A DNA stretch of 64,000 nt from an uncultured beta proteobacterium (GTDB lineage: Bacteria > Pseudomonadota > Gammaproteobacteria > Burkholderiales > Casimicrobiaceae): NCBI GenBank assembly GCA_963734575.1, contig CAVTHT010000007.1, positions 96,549-160,548 on the forward strand, given 5' to 3'. A model generated the notes under the pieces. That model was not told where the DNA came from and searched no databases. It was given only the letters and a program-made list of their open reading frames with translations. Below are positions 19,401 to 31,164 of the stretch, piece by piece (position 1 is the stretch's first letter; the number at the start of each line of letters is the position of its first letter). The translations under genes and the position numbers were made by a program.

Positions 19401-20233
19401 CGATCGTGCCGATCATCCGCGACCCGAGGAAGGTGAGCGACGAATCGGACGCGGTGTTCTACTTCCCGGGCTGCGGGTCGGAGCGCCTGTTCTCGCAGGT
19501 CGGGCTCGCGACCCAGGCCATGCTCTATCACGTCGGAGCCCAGTGCGTGCTGCCGCCGGGATACCTCTGCTGCGGCTATCCCCAGACCGCCGCCGGCCAT
19601 CACGACAAGGGTCAGGAGATCATCACCGACAACCGCGTGCTGTTCCACCGCGTCGCGAACACGCTCAACTATCTCGACATCAAGACGGTCCTGGTGTCGT
19701 GCGGCACGTGCCTCGATCAGCTCGAGCGCTACGAGTTCGAGAAGGTCTTCCCGGGCTGCCGCCTGATCGACATCCACGAGTACCTGCTCGAGAAGGGTGT
19801 GAAGCTCGAGGGCATCGACGGCGTGCGCTACATGTATCACGACCCGTGTCATACCCCGATCAAGCAGTACCAGCCGCTCAAGGTTGTGAACGAGCTGATG
19901 GGCACGAAGGTGATCCTCAACGATCGCTGTTGCGGCGAGTCCGGCACGCTCGCGACGTCGCGGCCCGACGTCTCCACGCAGGTCCGCTTCCGCAAGGAGG
20001 AGGAGATGCGCAAGGGCGCCACCATGGTGCGCGAGGACGGCTTCGACGGCGAAGTGAAGGTGCTGACTTCGTGCCCGTCATGCCTGCAGGGACTGTCGCG
20101 CTTCGATGCGGATTCGGGCACGAAGGCCGACTACATCGTGGTCGAGATCGCGCGCCACCTGCTCGGCGAGAACTGGATGGCGGACTACGTGAAAGCAGCG
20201 ACCAACGGCGGCATCGAGCGCGTGCTGCTGTAA
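16412..20233 (+). CDS. Large FAD-linked oxidase / Fe-S (CCG-domain) oxidoreductase with N-terminal DUF3683-like region (YdiJ-like, 1273 aa)
   Basis: An intact 1273-aa ORF. It has an FAD-binding PCMH region ([16 protein letters not shown]), a C-terminal FAD-oxidase domain ([14 protein letters not shown]), two CxxCxxCxxxCP ferredoxin motifs ([23 protein letters not shown]) and Cys-rich CCG repeats (CCGYPQ..., SCPSC). Confidence 0.85.
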   Translation: MNAITERFLQAGQADAPRLREIPYNYTSFSDREIVIRLLGADMWRTVEELRGERRTGRSARMLFEVLGDIWVVERNPYLQDDLLQNRKRQQLLVDALRHRLREIDRRRGEYAEADPERDAKVGRLVESAHGAVDRFARSFGEITQLRRRTRQVLSRYTARDNIAFDGLARVSHVTDATDWRVEYPFVVLLPDTEAEVRGIVEGCIELGLTIIPRGGGTGYTGGAIPLTARSAVINVEKLERLSVVERVPLRGHPNPIPTIEAGAGVVTKRVMDVAERESLVFAVDPTSADASCIGGNVAMNAGGKKAVLWGTALDNLLSWKMVTPDADWLEVTRVDHNLGKIHDAASATFELVWYERDGKTARRRETLAIPGPDFRRVGLGKDVTDKFLAGLPGIQKEGCDGIITSARFVLHRMPPAIRTVCLEFFGQVRDSTPAIVEIKTFLDARPHGAILAGLEHLDERYVRAVGYATKAKRHGCPKMVLLGDIVGETEDAVAKAASEVVRIANARGGEGFIAVSPETRKRFWLDRSRTAAIAKHTNAFKINEDVVIPLERLGDYTDGVERINIELSIQNKLRLCDALADFFRGPMPDAGDEKRIAEEIVSAKLDEARALVQTTRERWQDLLQRMDETFPALQDHSVVVSWKTELKAQLDEIFSGIAFVAIRNRYTGIHKEILRSRVFIALHMHAGDGNVHTNIPVNSDDYGMLQQANAAVARIMRLARDLDGVISGEHGIGVTKIEYLTPEEIAPFAEYKRRVDPEGRFNAGKLLAGADLRNAYTPSFSLLGAESLILEQSETGDILDSIKDCLRCGKCKPVCATHVPRANLLYSPRNKILGTSLLVEAFLYEEQTRRGVSLRHFDEFRDVAEHCTVCHKCERPCPVDIDFGNVSIAMRNLLRREGKQETSLATRAAMFFLSATDPTTIKLTKTAMIDFGYRAQRLAHGVAKRLGLTQAQTKRPPSTTGRAPVIAQVIHFINKPMPGGLPKRTSRALLDIEDETIVPIIRDPRKVSDESDAVFYFPGCGSERLFSQVGLATQAMLYHVGAQCVLPPGYLCCGYPQTAAGHHDKGQEIITDNRVLFHRVANTLNYLDIKTVLVSCGTCLDQLERYEFEKVFPGCRLIDIHEYLLEKGVKLEGIDGVRYMYHDPCHTPIKQYQPLKVVNELMGTKVILNDRCCGESGTLATSRPDVSTQVRFRKEEEMRKGATMVREDGFDGEVKVLTSCPSCLQGLSRFDADSGTKADYIVVEIARHLLGENWMADYVKAATNGGIERVLL

Positions 20234-20662
20234 GCATTGCGCGTGCGAGGCCGCGCCGGGTGAGGAATGCCCGCGTCCGAGCCATGTCTCTTCCGGGCAG
20301 GCCGGCTTGGACGCAGATCACCCCGCCGCCTGACGACCAGCGTGTGACGGCAGGGCTTCGCCGATTCACGCGGTCCGCTGTGACCTACATCTTGTAGGCC
20401 TCGCCACAGCCGTCGAAAGCGCGAAAAAACCGCCGGCCAAGGCTGCGCCGGCGGATGGAGGTAACCGCATGCCTCCAGACTCGCTCGCCCGCGCTCTGCG
20501 CGCACGCGAGCATTCGGCAAATGCGTTGCAGAAAATTCACGCTCGGCGGATCCGCGCGACCGCTGCGGCGGCCGCCGCGGATTGCGCGCAATCCCTGTGC
20601 TATAAGCGCCCGATGCCGATAACTCAGCATGAGCCGGATGTCTGCATGAGAAGGCCGCGCGG

Positions 20663-22321
20663 ATGCACACGTTGACCCCAGAAGCCATGCCGCCCGAAGT
20701 GGCGGCGCCGGTGCGGGAAGTCCCGCACTCCGATCCCCCGGATTCCGATGTGCCGTTCGCCGATGTCGATGGCGCGGTGCGCTGGATCAAGTCCCTGCCG
20801 CTCACCAACGCGACACAGCTCGGCACGGCGCTGCTCGCGCAGTTGCGCGCCATGAGCCTGCTGGAGTTTCCGCCGCGCGAGCGCGCGCGCATCGCCGAGG
20901 TGATCCGCGAGCAGGTCGCGCACGTGCACACCGAGCTCGCCCGGCGCTACGCGGGCAAGCCGCAGCCAGCAGCGGAGCGCGAGCTCGACGCCGCGGACCA
21001 GGCGATCGCGCTGTGGCACGCGCTGTGGGAGCAATACTCGGCGTGCCTGAAGCCCCTGCTCGAGGCGGATCCGGAGCTGGAGGGCGTCAAGGCCAAGGTG
21101 CTGCAGCGCGGGCTCTACGTCGGCAAGCAGCTCGTGCTGGTCCACGGTCTCGCGCGCCGCGCGCCGCCGCCGCAGCTGTGGCAGGAGATCCACGCGTATT
21201 ACCGCCTCGCGGAGATGCTCGAATGCGCGGGCTCGGCGGTGTCCGACGAGCTCATGCCGAACGCCGTGGGCCTGTCGTGCTACTCCACGTACGTGCACGC
21301 GCTGCTGCTGGCACTCGCCGATCCGTGCGCGATGACGGTCAAGCAGATCGAGCTCACCGATCGCTGGCTGCAGATGTGGTCGCGCAAGGTCTTTCCGTAC
21401 GCCGAACAGCGCGCCGCCGAAGGTCCCGTGCTGCTGATCGATCTCAATGCAGGCTCGGGGGCGGCACTCGTCTCCGCTGCGCCGAGGCAGCCCCCGGATT
21501 CGATGCGGTTCGGTTATCCGCACAAGCTTTCCACGTCGGTGCGCGGCCGGCTCAAGCGCCTGCAATCGGGCGCCGATCCCGCCGAGCTGCAGCTCGGACG
21601 CGACTGCGGCATCGAGCAGTGCACGACGCTGCTCGGCCATCTCGATGCGAAGTGGTACCAGCTGCCGCGCAGCCTCGCCGGGGTGGCGACGGCGACCGTT
21701 TCGATGTGCGGCGGCGGCCTGCCGGCGGCGTTCTTCCGCGTGAGCGGCCGCACGTTCGAACGCAGCGACCCGCTGGGACGCAATGCCACGTACCAGGGCG
21801 GCACGCGCGGCCTGCACCTGCAGACCCTCGGCGCCGTCACCGACTACGATCGCGGGCGCGAGGAGGCCGAACGGAAGTGGGCGTGGGAACGCTGGGAAGG
21901 AACGTACGAGCACCGTGAAGGCCTGCTCGTGCGCACCGGCAACGTGCTGCATCGCTGGTTCCTCGAGCAGCTGGTCGTGCTGGAGGATCCCGACCGGCTG
22001 CGTCTCGGCTACGTGACCCGCGTTGCGCAGGGCGACGGCAGCAGCCTGCACGTCGCGGTGCGGCTGTTCTCCGGCAAGCCGCACGCTCTTGCGGTGCGGC
22101 CGATCTCCACGGCTCTGGGCGAGGATCCGCCGGTGCCGTGCCTCCTGCTGGCCGAGGCGCCCGACGACAAGCCGAGCCTCATCCTGCCACCGCGCACCTT
22201 TACGCCGAGCCGGGTCGTGCGCACCATGGACGGCGGCCCCGAGCGCACCTATCGCCTGACGCGCCTCCTGCAGCGCGGCGCGGACTTCGAGCGCGTCGCC
22301 TTCGACGTTCCCGAAGCGTAG
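20663..22321 (+). CDS. Hypothetical protein, 552 aa, no confidently recognisable domain (possible degenerate PilZ-like C-terminus)
   Basis: An intact ORF with high-GC codon usage and no internal frameshift. The C-terminal segment [52 protein letters not shown] is reminiscent of, but not matching, PilZ signatures. Confidence 0.6.
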   Translation: MHTLTPEAMPPEVAAPVREVPHSDPPDSDVPFADVDGAVRWIKSLPLTNATQLGTALLAQLRAMSLLEFPPRERARIAEVIREQVAHVHTELARRYAGKPQPAAERELDAADQAIALWHALWEQYSACLKPLLEADPELEGVKAKVLQRGLYVGKQLVLVHGLARRAPPPQLWQEIHAYYRLAEMLECAGSAVSDELMPNAVGLSCYSTYVHALLLALADPCAMTVKQIELTDRWLQMWSRKVFPYAEQRAAEGPVLLIDLNAGSGAALVSAAPRQPPDSMRFGYPHKLSTSVRGRLKRLQSGADPAELQLGRDCGIEQCTTLLGHLDAKWYQLPRSLAGVATATVSMCGGGLPAAFFRVSGRTFERSDPLGRNATYQGGTRGLHLQTLGAVTDYDRGREEAERKWAWERWEGTYEHREGLLVRTGNVLHRWFLEQLVVLEDPDRLRLGYVTRVAQGDGSSLHVAVRLFSGKPHALAVRPISTALGEDPPVPCLLLAEAPDDKPSLILPPRTFTPSRVVRTMDGGPERTYRLTRLLQRGADFERVAFDVPEA

Positions 22322-22379
22322 CGCTCCCCCGGCGTGGGGAACCGCGCCGCGCCGGGATCGCTCGTACGGCCATTGCATC

Positions 22380-24428
22380 ATGGAGGCCGGCATGCCCAAT
22401 CGGCTCGCGAGCGAGACCAGTCCGTACCTGCAGCAGCACGCGGACAACCCTGTCGACTGGTACCCGTGGAGCGAGGAGGCGCTGGAGCGCGCCCGGCGCG
22501 AGGACAAGCCGATCCTGCTGTCGATCGGCTATTCGGCCTGCCACTGGTGTCACGTCATGGCGCACGAGTCGTTCGAGGATCCCGAGGTCGCGGCGATCAT
22601 GAACGAGCACTTCGTGAACGTGAAGGTCGACCGCGAGGAGCGTCCGGACCTCGACCAGGTCTATCAGCTCGCGCATGCGCTGCTCACCCGGCGCTCCGGC
22701 GGCTGGCCGCTGACGATGGCGCTGACCCCTGGCGGCGAGCCCTTTTTCGGCGGAACGTACTTTCCGAAGCAGGGCCGCTATGGCCTGCCGGGCTTCCGTG
22801 ACCTCCTGCCGAAGCTCGCGGCCGCATATCACGAGCAGGGTCCCGCCATCGCCGAGCAGAACGCGCGGCTGCAGGAAGCGCTCGCGAATCTCGCGCCGCA
22901 GCCCGCGAACACCGCGCTGCCGTCGGGCGCAGGCGCACTGGCGCTCAAGGGTTTGAAGAACAGCTTCGACGCCGTGCACGGGGGCTTCGGCGGCGCGCCG
23001 AAATTCCCGCACCCCGCCGAGCTTGCGTTCTGCCTGCGCGCCTTTGCGCGCGATGGCGATGCCGAGGCCCTGCACATGGTGCAGCGGACGCTTTCCGCCA
23101 TGGCCGACGGCGGCATCCACGACCAGCTCGGCGGCGGCTTCTGCCGGTATTCGGTGGACGCGGAGTGGAGCATTCCGCACTTCGAGAAGATGCTCTACGA
23201 CAACGGGCCGTTGCTCGGCCTGTATGCCGACCTTGCGCGCGTGACGCGGGACGAGACGCTGGCGCGCGTGGCGCGCGGCATCGTCGGCTGGATCGTGCGC
23301 GAGATGCGCGCGCCGGACGGCGCCTTCTGGTCGAGCCTCGATGCCGACAGCGAAGGCGAGGAGGGGAAGTTCTACGTATGGTCGCGCGATGAAGTGCGCG
23401 ACGTGCTCTCGGCGGACGAATTCGCCGTCGCGGCGCCGCACTTCGGGCTCGATGAGCCACCGAACTTCGAGAACGCCGCGTGGCATCTGCGCGTGGTGAT
23501 GCCCCTGGCGGACGTGGCGCGAACGCTCGGCATCGACCTCCCCGATGCGCAGACGCGTCTCGTGGCCGCGAAAGCCGCGCTGTTCGAGGCGCGGTCGAAG
23601 CGCGTGCGCCCGGGCCTCGACGACAAGATCCTCACCTCCTGGAATGCGCTGATGATCGCGGGCCTCGCGCGGGCCGGCCGGGCGCTCCGGGAACCCGCCT
23701 GGACGGACCTTGCGCTCGCCGCGACGGATTCGCTGCGTCGCACGCAGTGGGTCGGCGGTCGCCTCCTTGCCACGCGCCGAGCGTCGTGCGCGCATCTCAA
23801 CGCGTATCTCGACGACCACGCGTTCCTGCTCGCCGCGCTGCTCGAGGTCATGCAGGCGCGCTTCCGGCTCGAGGATTACACCTGGGCGCGGGAGATCGCG
23901 GACGTGCTGCTCGCGCAGTTCGAGGATCGCGATGCGGGTGGCTTCTGGTTCACGAGTCACGACCACGAGCAGCTCCTGCAGCGCCAGAAGCCGGGTCCGG
24001 ACAACGCGACGCCGTCCGGAAACGGTGTCGCGGCGCAGGCGCTGATCGCGCTCGGTCATCTCGCCGCCGAACCGCGCTACGTGGAGACGGCGGAGCGCGC
24101 GGTGCGCGCCTTCGGCGGATCGATCCGGGAGTCGCCAGGCGGCTTCTCCACGCTGCTCCAGGCGCTGGAGGACCTGGAGCAACCGCCGACGACCGTGCTG
24201 CTGCGGGGGGATCCGGCGACCACCGCGGCCTGGCACCAGGCCCTCGAGCGCACCGGGCGTCCGTCGGTAACCATCTTCGACCTCGGGACCACGGACGTGC
24301 CGCCGGAGCTTGCCAAGGGGACCCTGCCGGGCACGGGCGCAGCCGGCTGGATCTGCCGAGGAACCCAATGTCTGCCCGGCATGTCTTCGCTCGCAGAGAT
24401 CGAGGCGGCCCTGGGGCCGGCTGTCTGA
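22380..24428 (+). CDS. YyaL/DUF255 thioredoxin-domain protein with six-hairpin-glycosidase-like domain
   Basis: [86 protein letters not shown]. The ORF is intact at 682 aa. Confidence 0.85.
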   Translation: MEAGMPNRLASETSPYLQQHADNPVDWYPWSEEALERARREDKPILLSIGYSACHWCHVMAHESFEDPEVAAIMNEHFVNVKVDREERPDLDQVYQLAHALLTRRSGGWPLTMALTPGGEPFFGGTYFPKQGRYGLPGFRDLLPKLAAAYHEQGPAIAEQNARLQEALANLAPQPANTALPSGAGALALKGLKNSFDAVHGGFGGAPKFPHPAELAFCLRAFARDGDAEALHMVQRTLSAMADGGIHDQLGGGFCRYSVDAEWSIPHFEKMLYDNGPLLGLYADLARVTRDETLARVARGIVGWIVREMRAPDGAFWSSLDADSEGEEGKFYVWSRDEVRDVLSADEFAVAAPHFGLDEPPNFENAAWHLRVVMPLADVARTLGIDLPDAQTRLVAAKAALFEARSKRVRPGLDDKILTSWNALMIAGLARAGRALREPAWTDLALAATDSLRRTQWVGGRLLATRRASCAHLNAYLDDHAFLLAALLEVMQARFRLEDYTWAREIADVLLAQFEDRDAGGFWFTSHDHEQLLQRQKPGPDNATPSGNGVAAQALIALGHLAAEPRYVETAERAVRAFGGSIRESPGGFSTLLQALEDLEQPPTTVLLRGDPATTAAWHQALERTGRPSVTIFDLGTTDVPPELAKGTLPGTGAAGWICRGTQCLPGMSSLAEIEAALGPAV

Positions 24429-24549
24429 CGGCCTCGGGGTCAACGCGCGCTAGAGCCGGACGTTATGTCCGCAACTGACGGGCGCGGCCGTGGCCGGCTC
24501 CTTTCCGGTACCATTCGCCCCGCAATTCGACCAGCCAACGGAGATTCCA

Positions 24550-24879
24550 ATGAAGACCGCTGCCATCCTGCTCGCCCTCGCGGGCCTCGCCGCCGCCACT
24601 GCGGCCAACGCCCAGTCCGGTGAAGACCTCCTCAAGAAGAACGGCTGCACGGCCTGCCACGCCATCGACAAGAAGGTCGTCGGCCCGGCGTACAAGGACG
24701 TCGCCGCCAAATACAAGGGCGATGCGGGCGCTGCCGCCCGCCTGATGGACAAGGTGAAGAAGGGTGGCTCGGGGGTGTGGGGACAAGTCCCGATGCCGCC
24801 GAATCCGCAGGTGAGCGACGCCGACCTCAAGACGATGATCACGTTCATCCTCAACCTGGGCGGCGCGGCCAAGAAGTAA
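24550..24879 (+). CDS. Class I c-type cytochrome (cytochrome c551/c552-like), periplasmic
   Basis: MKTAAILLALAGLAAATAANA signal peptide. Heme-binding CTACH; KKNGCTACHAIDKKVVGPAYKDVAAKY...VWGQVPMPPN; Met ligand context. Confidence 0.85.
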   Translation: MKTAAILLALAGLAAATAANAQSGEDLLKKNGCTACHAIDKKVVGPAYKDVAAKYKGDAGAAARLMDKVKKGGSGVWGQVPMPPNPQVSDADLKTMITFILNLGGAAKK

Positions 24880-24898
24880 GCGACCGCTCTCTACGGCG

Positions 24899-24930
24899 AC
24901 GGCTGCGGCAATGCTGCAGCCGTTTTCGTT
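24899..24930 (+). terminator. Rho-independent terminator after cytochrome c gene
   Basis: cggctgcggcaatgctgcagccg hairpin followed by ttttcgttt. Confidence 0.65.
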
Positions 24931-24984
24931 TCCGCGCGCCGGGGCCCGTGTTTTGACGCTGGCCGCGGGAGCCGGTAACCTGTC

Positions 24985-25235
24985 GTGGTCCGGGCAGGAG
25001 AGCGCGGCGCCGGGAAGCTCCGCCGCCGCCGCCGAAGGCGCAACTCCCGCAACCGCTCAGGCAAAAGGACTGCCGGACGTACAGCAACTCTGGAGAGAGG
25101 CCGCGCGGCTGCAATGGCGCCGGCCCACCGAAGGGGCACCGGCTGCACACCGACACGGTGTACCGCCGCAATCTCTCAGGTAAAAGGACAGACGGGCGAC
25201 GCGCATCGTGCGCTGTCGCCCTTTGTTTTTGCCGG
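24985..25235 (+). promoter_or_regulatory. Tandem glycine riboswitch (two aptamers + terminator-type expression platform) upstream of gcvTHP
   Basis: Aptamer 1: cgggcaGGAGAGcg...GCCGAAGGcGCAAct...CTCAGGCAAAAGGACtg. Aptamer 2: CTCTGGAGAGagg...CCACCGAAGGGGCAcc...CTCTCAGGTAAAAGGACag. This is followed by GGGCGACgcgcatcgtgcgctGTCGCCC TTTGTTTTT. Confidence 0.9.
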
Positions 25236-25245
25236 GGGAACACGC

Positions 25246-26349
25246 GTGCTCAGGAAAACGCCGCTCAACGCAACGCATCGCGCCGCCGGCGCGCGCATGG
25301 TCGATTTCGGTGGCTGGGACATGCCCGTGCACTACGGGTCGCAGATCGACGAGCACCATGCCGTGCGCCGCGGGGCCGGCATGTTCGATGTCTCGCACAT
25401 GCGCGTGCTCGATCTCGAGGGCCCCGGCGTGCGTGATTTCCTGCGCGGTGCGCTCGCCAACAACGTCGACAAGCTGCGGACGCCCGGCAAGGCGCTCTAC
25501 TCGTGCCTGCTGCGCCCGGACGGCTGCGTCATCGACGACCTCATCGTCTATTTCCTGCGCGAGGACTGGTTCCGGATCGTCGTCAACGCGGGCACCGCGG
25601 ACAAGGACGTGGCGTGGTTTCGCTCCCTGCTGGCGAAGGCCGCATCGCAGCTTCGCCTGCGCGAGCGCACCGACCTCGCCATGATCGCCGTGCAAGGGCC
25701 CGCCGCGCGCGAAGCCGTGTGGCGCGTGCTGCCCGGGACGCGCACGGCGACCGAGCCGCTGAAGCCGTTCACCGGTGTCGCGGTGGACGACGATCTTTTC
25801 GTCGCCCGCACCGGCTACACGGGCGAGGACGGCTTCGAAATCATGATGCCGAACGAACGCGCGGCACCGCTCTGGGATGCACTTGCCGCGGCGGGCGTCC
25901 GCCCGTGCGGTCTCGGCGCGCGCGACACCCTGCGCCTCGAGGCCGGCATGAACCTCTACGGGCAGGACATGGACGAAACCGTGTCGCCGCTCGAATCGGG
26001 TCTTGCCTGGACGGTCGATCTCGGCAGTCCGCGCGATTTCGTCGGCAAGTCCGCGCTTGCGAACGCGGACATTGCCCGCCAGCAGGTGGGACTCGTGCTC
26101 ATCGACAAGGGCGGCGTGCTGCGCGCGCACCAGCACGTGCAGACGGCGCACGGTCCGGGCGAGATCACCAGCGGCACGTTCAGTCCCACGCTCGACGTCT
26201 CGATCGCACTCGCGCGCGTGCCACGGGGCGTCGCAGTGGGCGACACCGTGCACGTCGCCGTGCGCGAGCGACTGCTCGCAGCGCGCGTCGTCAAGCCGCC
26301 TTTCGCGCGCCATGGCAAGAGCCTCATCCAACCCGAGGAGATTCGATGA
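25246..26349 (+). CDS. gcvT: Glycine cleavage system T protein (aminomethyltransferase), GTG start
   Basis: [52 protein letters not shown]...[13 protein letters not shown]...[29 protein letters not shown]. Confidence 0.9.
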   Translation: MLRKTPLNATHRAAGARMVDFGGWDMPVHYGSQIDEHHAVRRGAGMFDVSHMRVLDLEGPGVRDFLRGALANNVDKLRTPGKALYSCLLRPDGCVIDDLIVYFLREDWFRIVVNAGTADKDVAWFRSLLAKAASQLRLRERTDLAMIAVQGPAAREAVWRVLPGTRTATEPLKPFTGVAVDDDLFVARTGYTGEDGFEIMMPNERAAPLWDALAAAGVRPCGLGARDTLRLEAGMNLYGQDMDETVSPLESGLAWTVDLGSPRDFVGKSALANADIARQQVGLVLIDKGGVLRAHQHVQTAHGPGEITSGTFSPTLDVSIALARVPRGVAVGDTVHVAVRERLLAARVVKPPFARHGKSLIQPEEIR

Positions 26350-26729
26350 ACATTCCCGCCGACCTGCAGTACACGACCTCGCACGAGTGGTTGCGGCGCG
26401 AGAGCGACGGCTCGGTCACCGTCGGCATCACCGATCACGCCCAGCAGGCGCTGGGCGACCTCGTCTATCTCGAGCTGCCGCAGGTCGGCCGCCGGCTGAA
26501 CGCGGGTGAGGCGTGCGCCGTCGTGGAATCGGTGAAGGCCGCCTCGGACGTGTACGCGCCGGTCACGGGCGAGGTCGTCGCGGTCAACGACGCGATCACG
26601 GCGACCCCGGAAGTGGTCAACGAGGACGCCTACGCGGCATGGTTCTTCCGCATCCGTCCGGACGCTTCCGCGGCGGCACCGTCGCTGCTCGACGCCAAGG
26701 CGTACGAGATGACCATCGGCGAGGACTGA
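26346..26729 (+). CDS. gcvH: Glycine cleavage system H protein
   Basis: [81 protein letters not shown]. The lipoyl-lysine is in the VESVKA motif. Confidence 0.9.
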   Translation: MNIPADLQYTTSHEWLRRESDGSVTVGITDHAQQALGDLVYLELPQVGRRLNAGEACAVVESVKAASDVYAPVTGEVVAVNDAITATPEVVNEDAYAAWFFRIRPDASAAAPSLLDAKAYEMTIGED

Positions 26730-26740
26730 GCCGACCTGCG

Positions 26741-29682
26741 ATGACGAACATGAGCGACCTGCAATCTCCCGCGTCGGACGCCACCCTCGACGCGCTCGAG
26801 GCGCGCGACGCGTTCGCCGCACGCCATATCGGCCCGGCGCCCGCCGACCAGGCCGAGATGCTGCGCACGCTGGGCTTCGACTCGCGCGAGGCGCTCGTCG
26901 ACGCCGTGGTGCCGCGCGCGATTCGACGCAAGGAGCCAATGACCTTGCCGGGGCCGATGACGGAAGCCGAGGCGCTCGCCCGCCTGCGCGCCATCGCCGC
27001 GCGCAACAAGGTGTTCCGCTCGCACATCGGACAGGGTTACTACGGCACGATCACGCCGCCCGTCATCGCGCGCAACATCCTCGAGAACCCCGCGTGGTAC
27101 ACGGCGTACACGCCGTACCAGCCGGAGATCTCGCAGGGCAGGCTGGAAGCGCTTATCAACTTCCAGACCATGGTGACGGACCTCACCGGCATGGCGATCG
27201 CGAATGCGTCCATGCTGGACGAGGCCACCGCGGCCGCGGAGGCGATGACCCTCTGCCATCGCATGACGAAGACCAGGAGCAATCTTTTCTTCGTCGCGTC
27301 CGACGTCTTCGCGCAGACCCTCGACGTCGTGCGCACGCGGGCACGACCGCTGGGATTCGAGGTTCGCGTGGGCCCCGCCACCGAGGCTGCGCAGAGCGGG
27401 GCGTTCGCGGTGCTGCTGCAGTACCCGGCCGCGGATGGCACCGTTGCCGACCACCGGGCACGGGTGGAGGCAGTGCATGCGGCAGGCGGACTGGTCATCG
27501 TCGCGGCCGACCTGCTGGCGCTGACGCTGCTGGCGCCACCCGGCGAATGGGGCGCGGACGTCGTGGTCGGCACGACGCAGCGGTTCGGCGTGCCGATGGG
27601 CTACGGCGGTCCGCACGCGGGGTATCTCGCAACGCGCGACGAATTCAAGCGCTCGATGCCGGGGCGCCTCGTCGGCGTCACGGTGGATGCAGCGGGCAAC
27701 CCTGCCTACCGCCTCGCGCTGCAGACGCGCGAGCAGCACATCCGACGCGAGAAGGCCACGTCCAACATCTGCACCGCGCAGGTCCTGCTCGCCGTCATGG
27801 CGAGCATGTACGCGGTGTACCACGGACCGCAGGGACTCGTCCGCATCGCGCGGCGCGTGCATCGACTGGCGGCGATCCTCGCGCGCGGCCTGTCGCGCCT
27901 CGGCAACGAGGTCCCCGCCGCGTTCTTCGATACGGTCACGATCGACACGGGCGACGCCACCGGCGCCATCGTCGCGCGCGCGCTCACTGCCGGGATCAAC
28001 TTCCATCGACCCGCCGCAAACGTGCTGTCGATCGCGCTCGACGAGACGACCACGCGCGAGGACGTGCAGGACATCTGGCGCATCGTCCACGGTCGCGACG
28101 CCGGCTTCACCGTCGCGCAGATCGATGCTGGAAGCGCAGGAGGCGCTGCCGCCGGTGCTGCGGCGCGCGTCGGCGTTCCTGACGCACCCGACCTTCCAGC
28201 GCTATCACTCCGAGACGGAGATGCTGCGCTACCTGCGCCGGCTCGCCGACCGCGACATCGCGCTCGACCGGTCGATGATTCCGCTCGGGTCCTGCACGAT
28301 GAAGCTCAACGCCACCGCGGAGATGCTGCCGATCACGTGGCCCGAGTTCGCCCACCTGCACCCGTTCGCGCCTGCCGACCAGGCGCAGGGTTACCATGAG
28401 CTCGTCGACGACCTCGAGCGGATGCTCTGCGCGATCACCGGCTATGCGGCGTTCTCGCTGCAGCCCAATGCCGGCTCGCAGGGCGAATACGCCGGCCTGC
28501 TCGCGATCCACGGCTATCACGCGAGTCGAGGCGAAGCGCACCGCAACGTCTGCCTGATTCCGGCATCGGCGCACGGCACGAATCCGGCGTCGGCCCAGAT
28601 GGCAGGCATGCGCGTCGTGGTGGTCGGCTGCGATCGCGAAGGCAATGTCGATCTCGCCGACCTCGAGGCCAAGGCGGTGCAGCATCGCGAGGCACTCGCG
28701 GCGATCATGGTCACCTACCCCTCGACGCACGGCGTGTTCGAGGAAGGCATCACGCGCCTGTGCGAGATCGTGCACGCGCATGGCGGACAGGTGTATGTCG
28801 ATGGCGCGAACCTCAACGCACTGGTCGGTCTCGCCGCGCCGGGCGCCTTCGGGGCGGACGTCTCGCACCTCAACCTGCACAAGACGTTCTGCATTCCGCA
28901 TGGCGGCGGCGGTCCCGGCGTGGGTCCCGTGGGCGTGCGTGCGCATCTCGCTCCGTTCCTGCCGCGCACGCGCGTCGAGGCGGCGGATGAGGGCGGCGTC
29001 GGACTCGTCAGCGGCGCGCCGTACGGCAGCGCATCGATCCTTCCGATCTCCTGGATGTACATCGCGATGATGGGCGCCGCGGGCCTCACCGCCGCGACCG
29101 AAAATGCGATCCTCGCCGCCAACTACGTCGCCCGGCGCCTCGCGGAGCACTATCCGGTCCTGTACGCAGGCCATGGCGGCCTCGTCGCACACGAGTGCAT
29201 CCTCGATCTGCGGCCGCTGAAGGACAGCGCCGACATCGCCGTCGACGACGTCGCCAAGCGGCTGATGGACTATGGATTCCATGCGCCGACGATGAGCTTT
29301 CCGGTACCGGGAACGCTGATGGTCGAGCCCACCGAAAGCGAATCGAAGGCGGAGCTCGACCGGTTCGTCGACGCGATGATCGCGATCCGCGCGGAGATCC
29401 GCGACGATCGAGGAGGGCAGTGCGAGCCGCGAGGACAATCCGCTCAAGCATGCGCCGCATACCGCGCACGCCGTCTGCGCGGACGCGTGGCCGCACGCCT
29501 ATGCGCGCGAGCTCGCGGCGTATCCGGTGCCGGGGCTGCGCGCGACCAAGTACTGGCCGCCCGTGGCGCGCGTCGACAACGCGTACGGCGATCGCCATCT
29601 CTTCTGCAGCTGCGTGCCGATGAGCGACTACGCGGCGACCGAGACGATGCAACCCGCTCCGGCGCCCGCGCTCGCGGCCTGA
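26741..29682 (+). CDS. gcvP: Glycine dehydrogenase (decarboxylating) P protein; at least two frame changes (about 28110, about 29440)
   Basis: [24 protein letters not shown]...[29 protein letters not shown]... / ...[17 protein letters not shown]...[21 protein letters not shown]... / ...[28 protein letters not shown]...[20 protein letters not shown]. Confidence 0.85.
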
Positions 29683-30936
29683 TGCGCGTCGCCGTGCTCG
29701 GCGCCGGCATCACCGGCGTCACGGCTGCCTGGTATCTCGCACGCGCCGGGCACGAGGTCACGGTCGTCGACCGTCAAGCCGGGCCCGGCACTCGAGACAT
29801 CCTTCGCCAACGGCGGGCAGATCTCGGCGTCGTACGCGGAGCCCTGGGCCAATCCGCAGGCGCCGGCGAAGATCCTCAAGTGGCTGGGACGAGAGGACGC
29901 GCCGCTGCTCTTCCGTCTGCGCGCCGATCCGCGGCAATGGCAATGGGGACTCTCGTTCCTGCTGGAGTGCCTCCCGCACCGCACGCGCCACAACACGGTC
30001 CAGTGCCTCAATCTCGCGCTCTACTCGCGCGATTGCCTGCGGGCGCTGCGCGCCGAGACCGGCATCGAGTATGACGGCCTGCAACGCGGCATCCTGCAGT
30101 TCTACACCGATGCCGCGGACTTCGAGCACGGCGTCGAGGCTGCAGGGCTGATGCGGGCGTACGGATGCGACCGCGTGGTGAAGACGCCGGACGAATGCGT
30201 CGCGATCGAGCCGGCGCTCGCGCATGCACGCCCACAGCTCGCCGGCGGCATCTTCACGGCCAGCGACGAATCGGGCGATGCCCACCGCTTCGCTGCGGGT
30301 CTCGCGGAACGGGCTGCGGCGCGCGGCGTGCGCTTTCGCTGGGGCCTGCGGGTGGAAGCGCTCGAGCGCGAGGGCGAGCGCATCACGGGCGTGCGCTGCA
30401 CCGGAGCGCAGGCGGCCGAGCGCATCGTCGCCGATGCGTACGTCGTCGCGCTCGGGAGCTACAGTCCCTTCGTGCTGCGGCCCATCGGCGTGCCCGCACC
30501 GATCTATCCGGCGAAGGGCTACTCCGCCACCATTCGCGTGAACGGACACACCGGCGCGCCGACGGTGTCGCTCACCGACCTCGCGTGGAAGATCGTGCTG
30601 ACACGCCTCGGCGATCGCCTGCGCGTCGCCGGGACCGCCGAGCTCTCGGGGTACGACACATCGCTCAATCCGGTGCGCGGCGCGTCGCTCGTCAGGCGCA
30701 CGTTCGATCTCTTCCCGGACGCGGGCGAGCGCGAAGGCGTCGAGATGTGGGCGGGCCTTCGTCCGGCCACGCCTTCCAACGTGCCGCTCGTGGGTGGCAC
30801 CCGCTACCGGAACCTCTTTCTCGACACGGGTCACGGCACGCTCGGCTGGACGATGTCCTGCGGTTCCGGCAGCGCGATCGCGGACCTCGTTTCCGGACGC
30901 ACGCCCGAAGTCGACTTCGCGTTCACGGGCGGCTGA
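29682..30936 (+). CDS. dadA: D-amino acid dehydrogenase small subunit; ATG overlaps gcvP TGA; one frame change near 29790
   Basis: [35 protein letters not shown] / [26 protein letters not shown]...[11 protein letters not shown]...[38 protein letters not shown]...[39 protein letters not shown]. Confidence 0.85.
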
Positions 30937-31164
30937 GGCGGGCGCCGGCGGCGCCCGGCGCGGTGCGCAGGAGAAGCTTCCGTCCGCCGACTGGAGCGTC
31001 GAGCGCTTGACAATAATCAAGTGCGCGCGGGGCGCATCCGCCGGCTGTTCACGCGGCGTGCGGGGCCGCACCCGTTGACGCGGCACGTCGCGTGTGCAAC
31101 GTTCGCGCATCTGCCCGCGTTACCGCGCCCGCATTCGCGGCGCAACTCGACCGCAAGTGGAGGC

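Noticed and set aside
16394-19852. 1152-aa minus-strand ORF
   Set aside because: It is antisense to the clearly recognisable FAD/Fe-S oxidoreductase. It is a typical high-GC antisense open frame with an Arg/Ala/Gly-rich low-complexity product.
20378-20410. Nested inverted repeat gctgtgacctacatcttgtaggcctcgccacagc as a possible REP copy or terminator
   Set aside because: It shares only the TGTAGG core with the REP family. It has no U-tract and lies 150 nt past the upstream stop. It is not convincing as either.
20624-24443. 627-aa and 747-aa minus-strand ORFs
   Set aside because: They are antisense to the 552-aa hypothetical and to the YyaL gene. Their products are Arg-rich low complexity.
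24985-26349. 454-aa ORF extending gcvT upstream
   Set aside because: The first about 85 codons overlie the glycine riboswitch and its terminator. The real start is the GTG at 25246.
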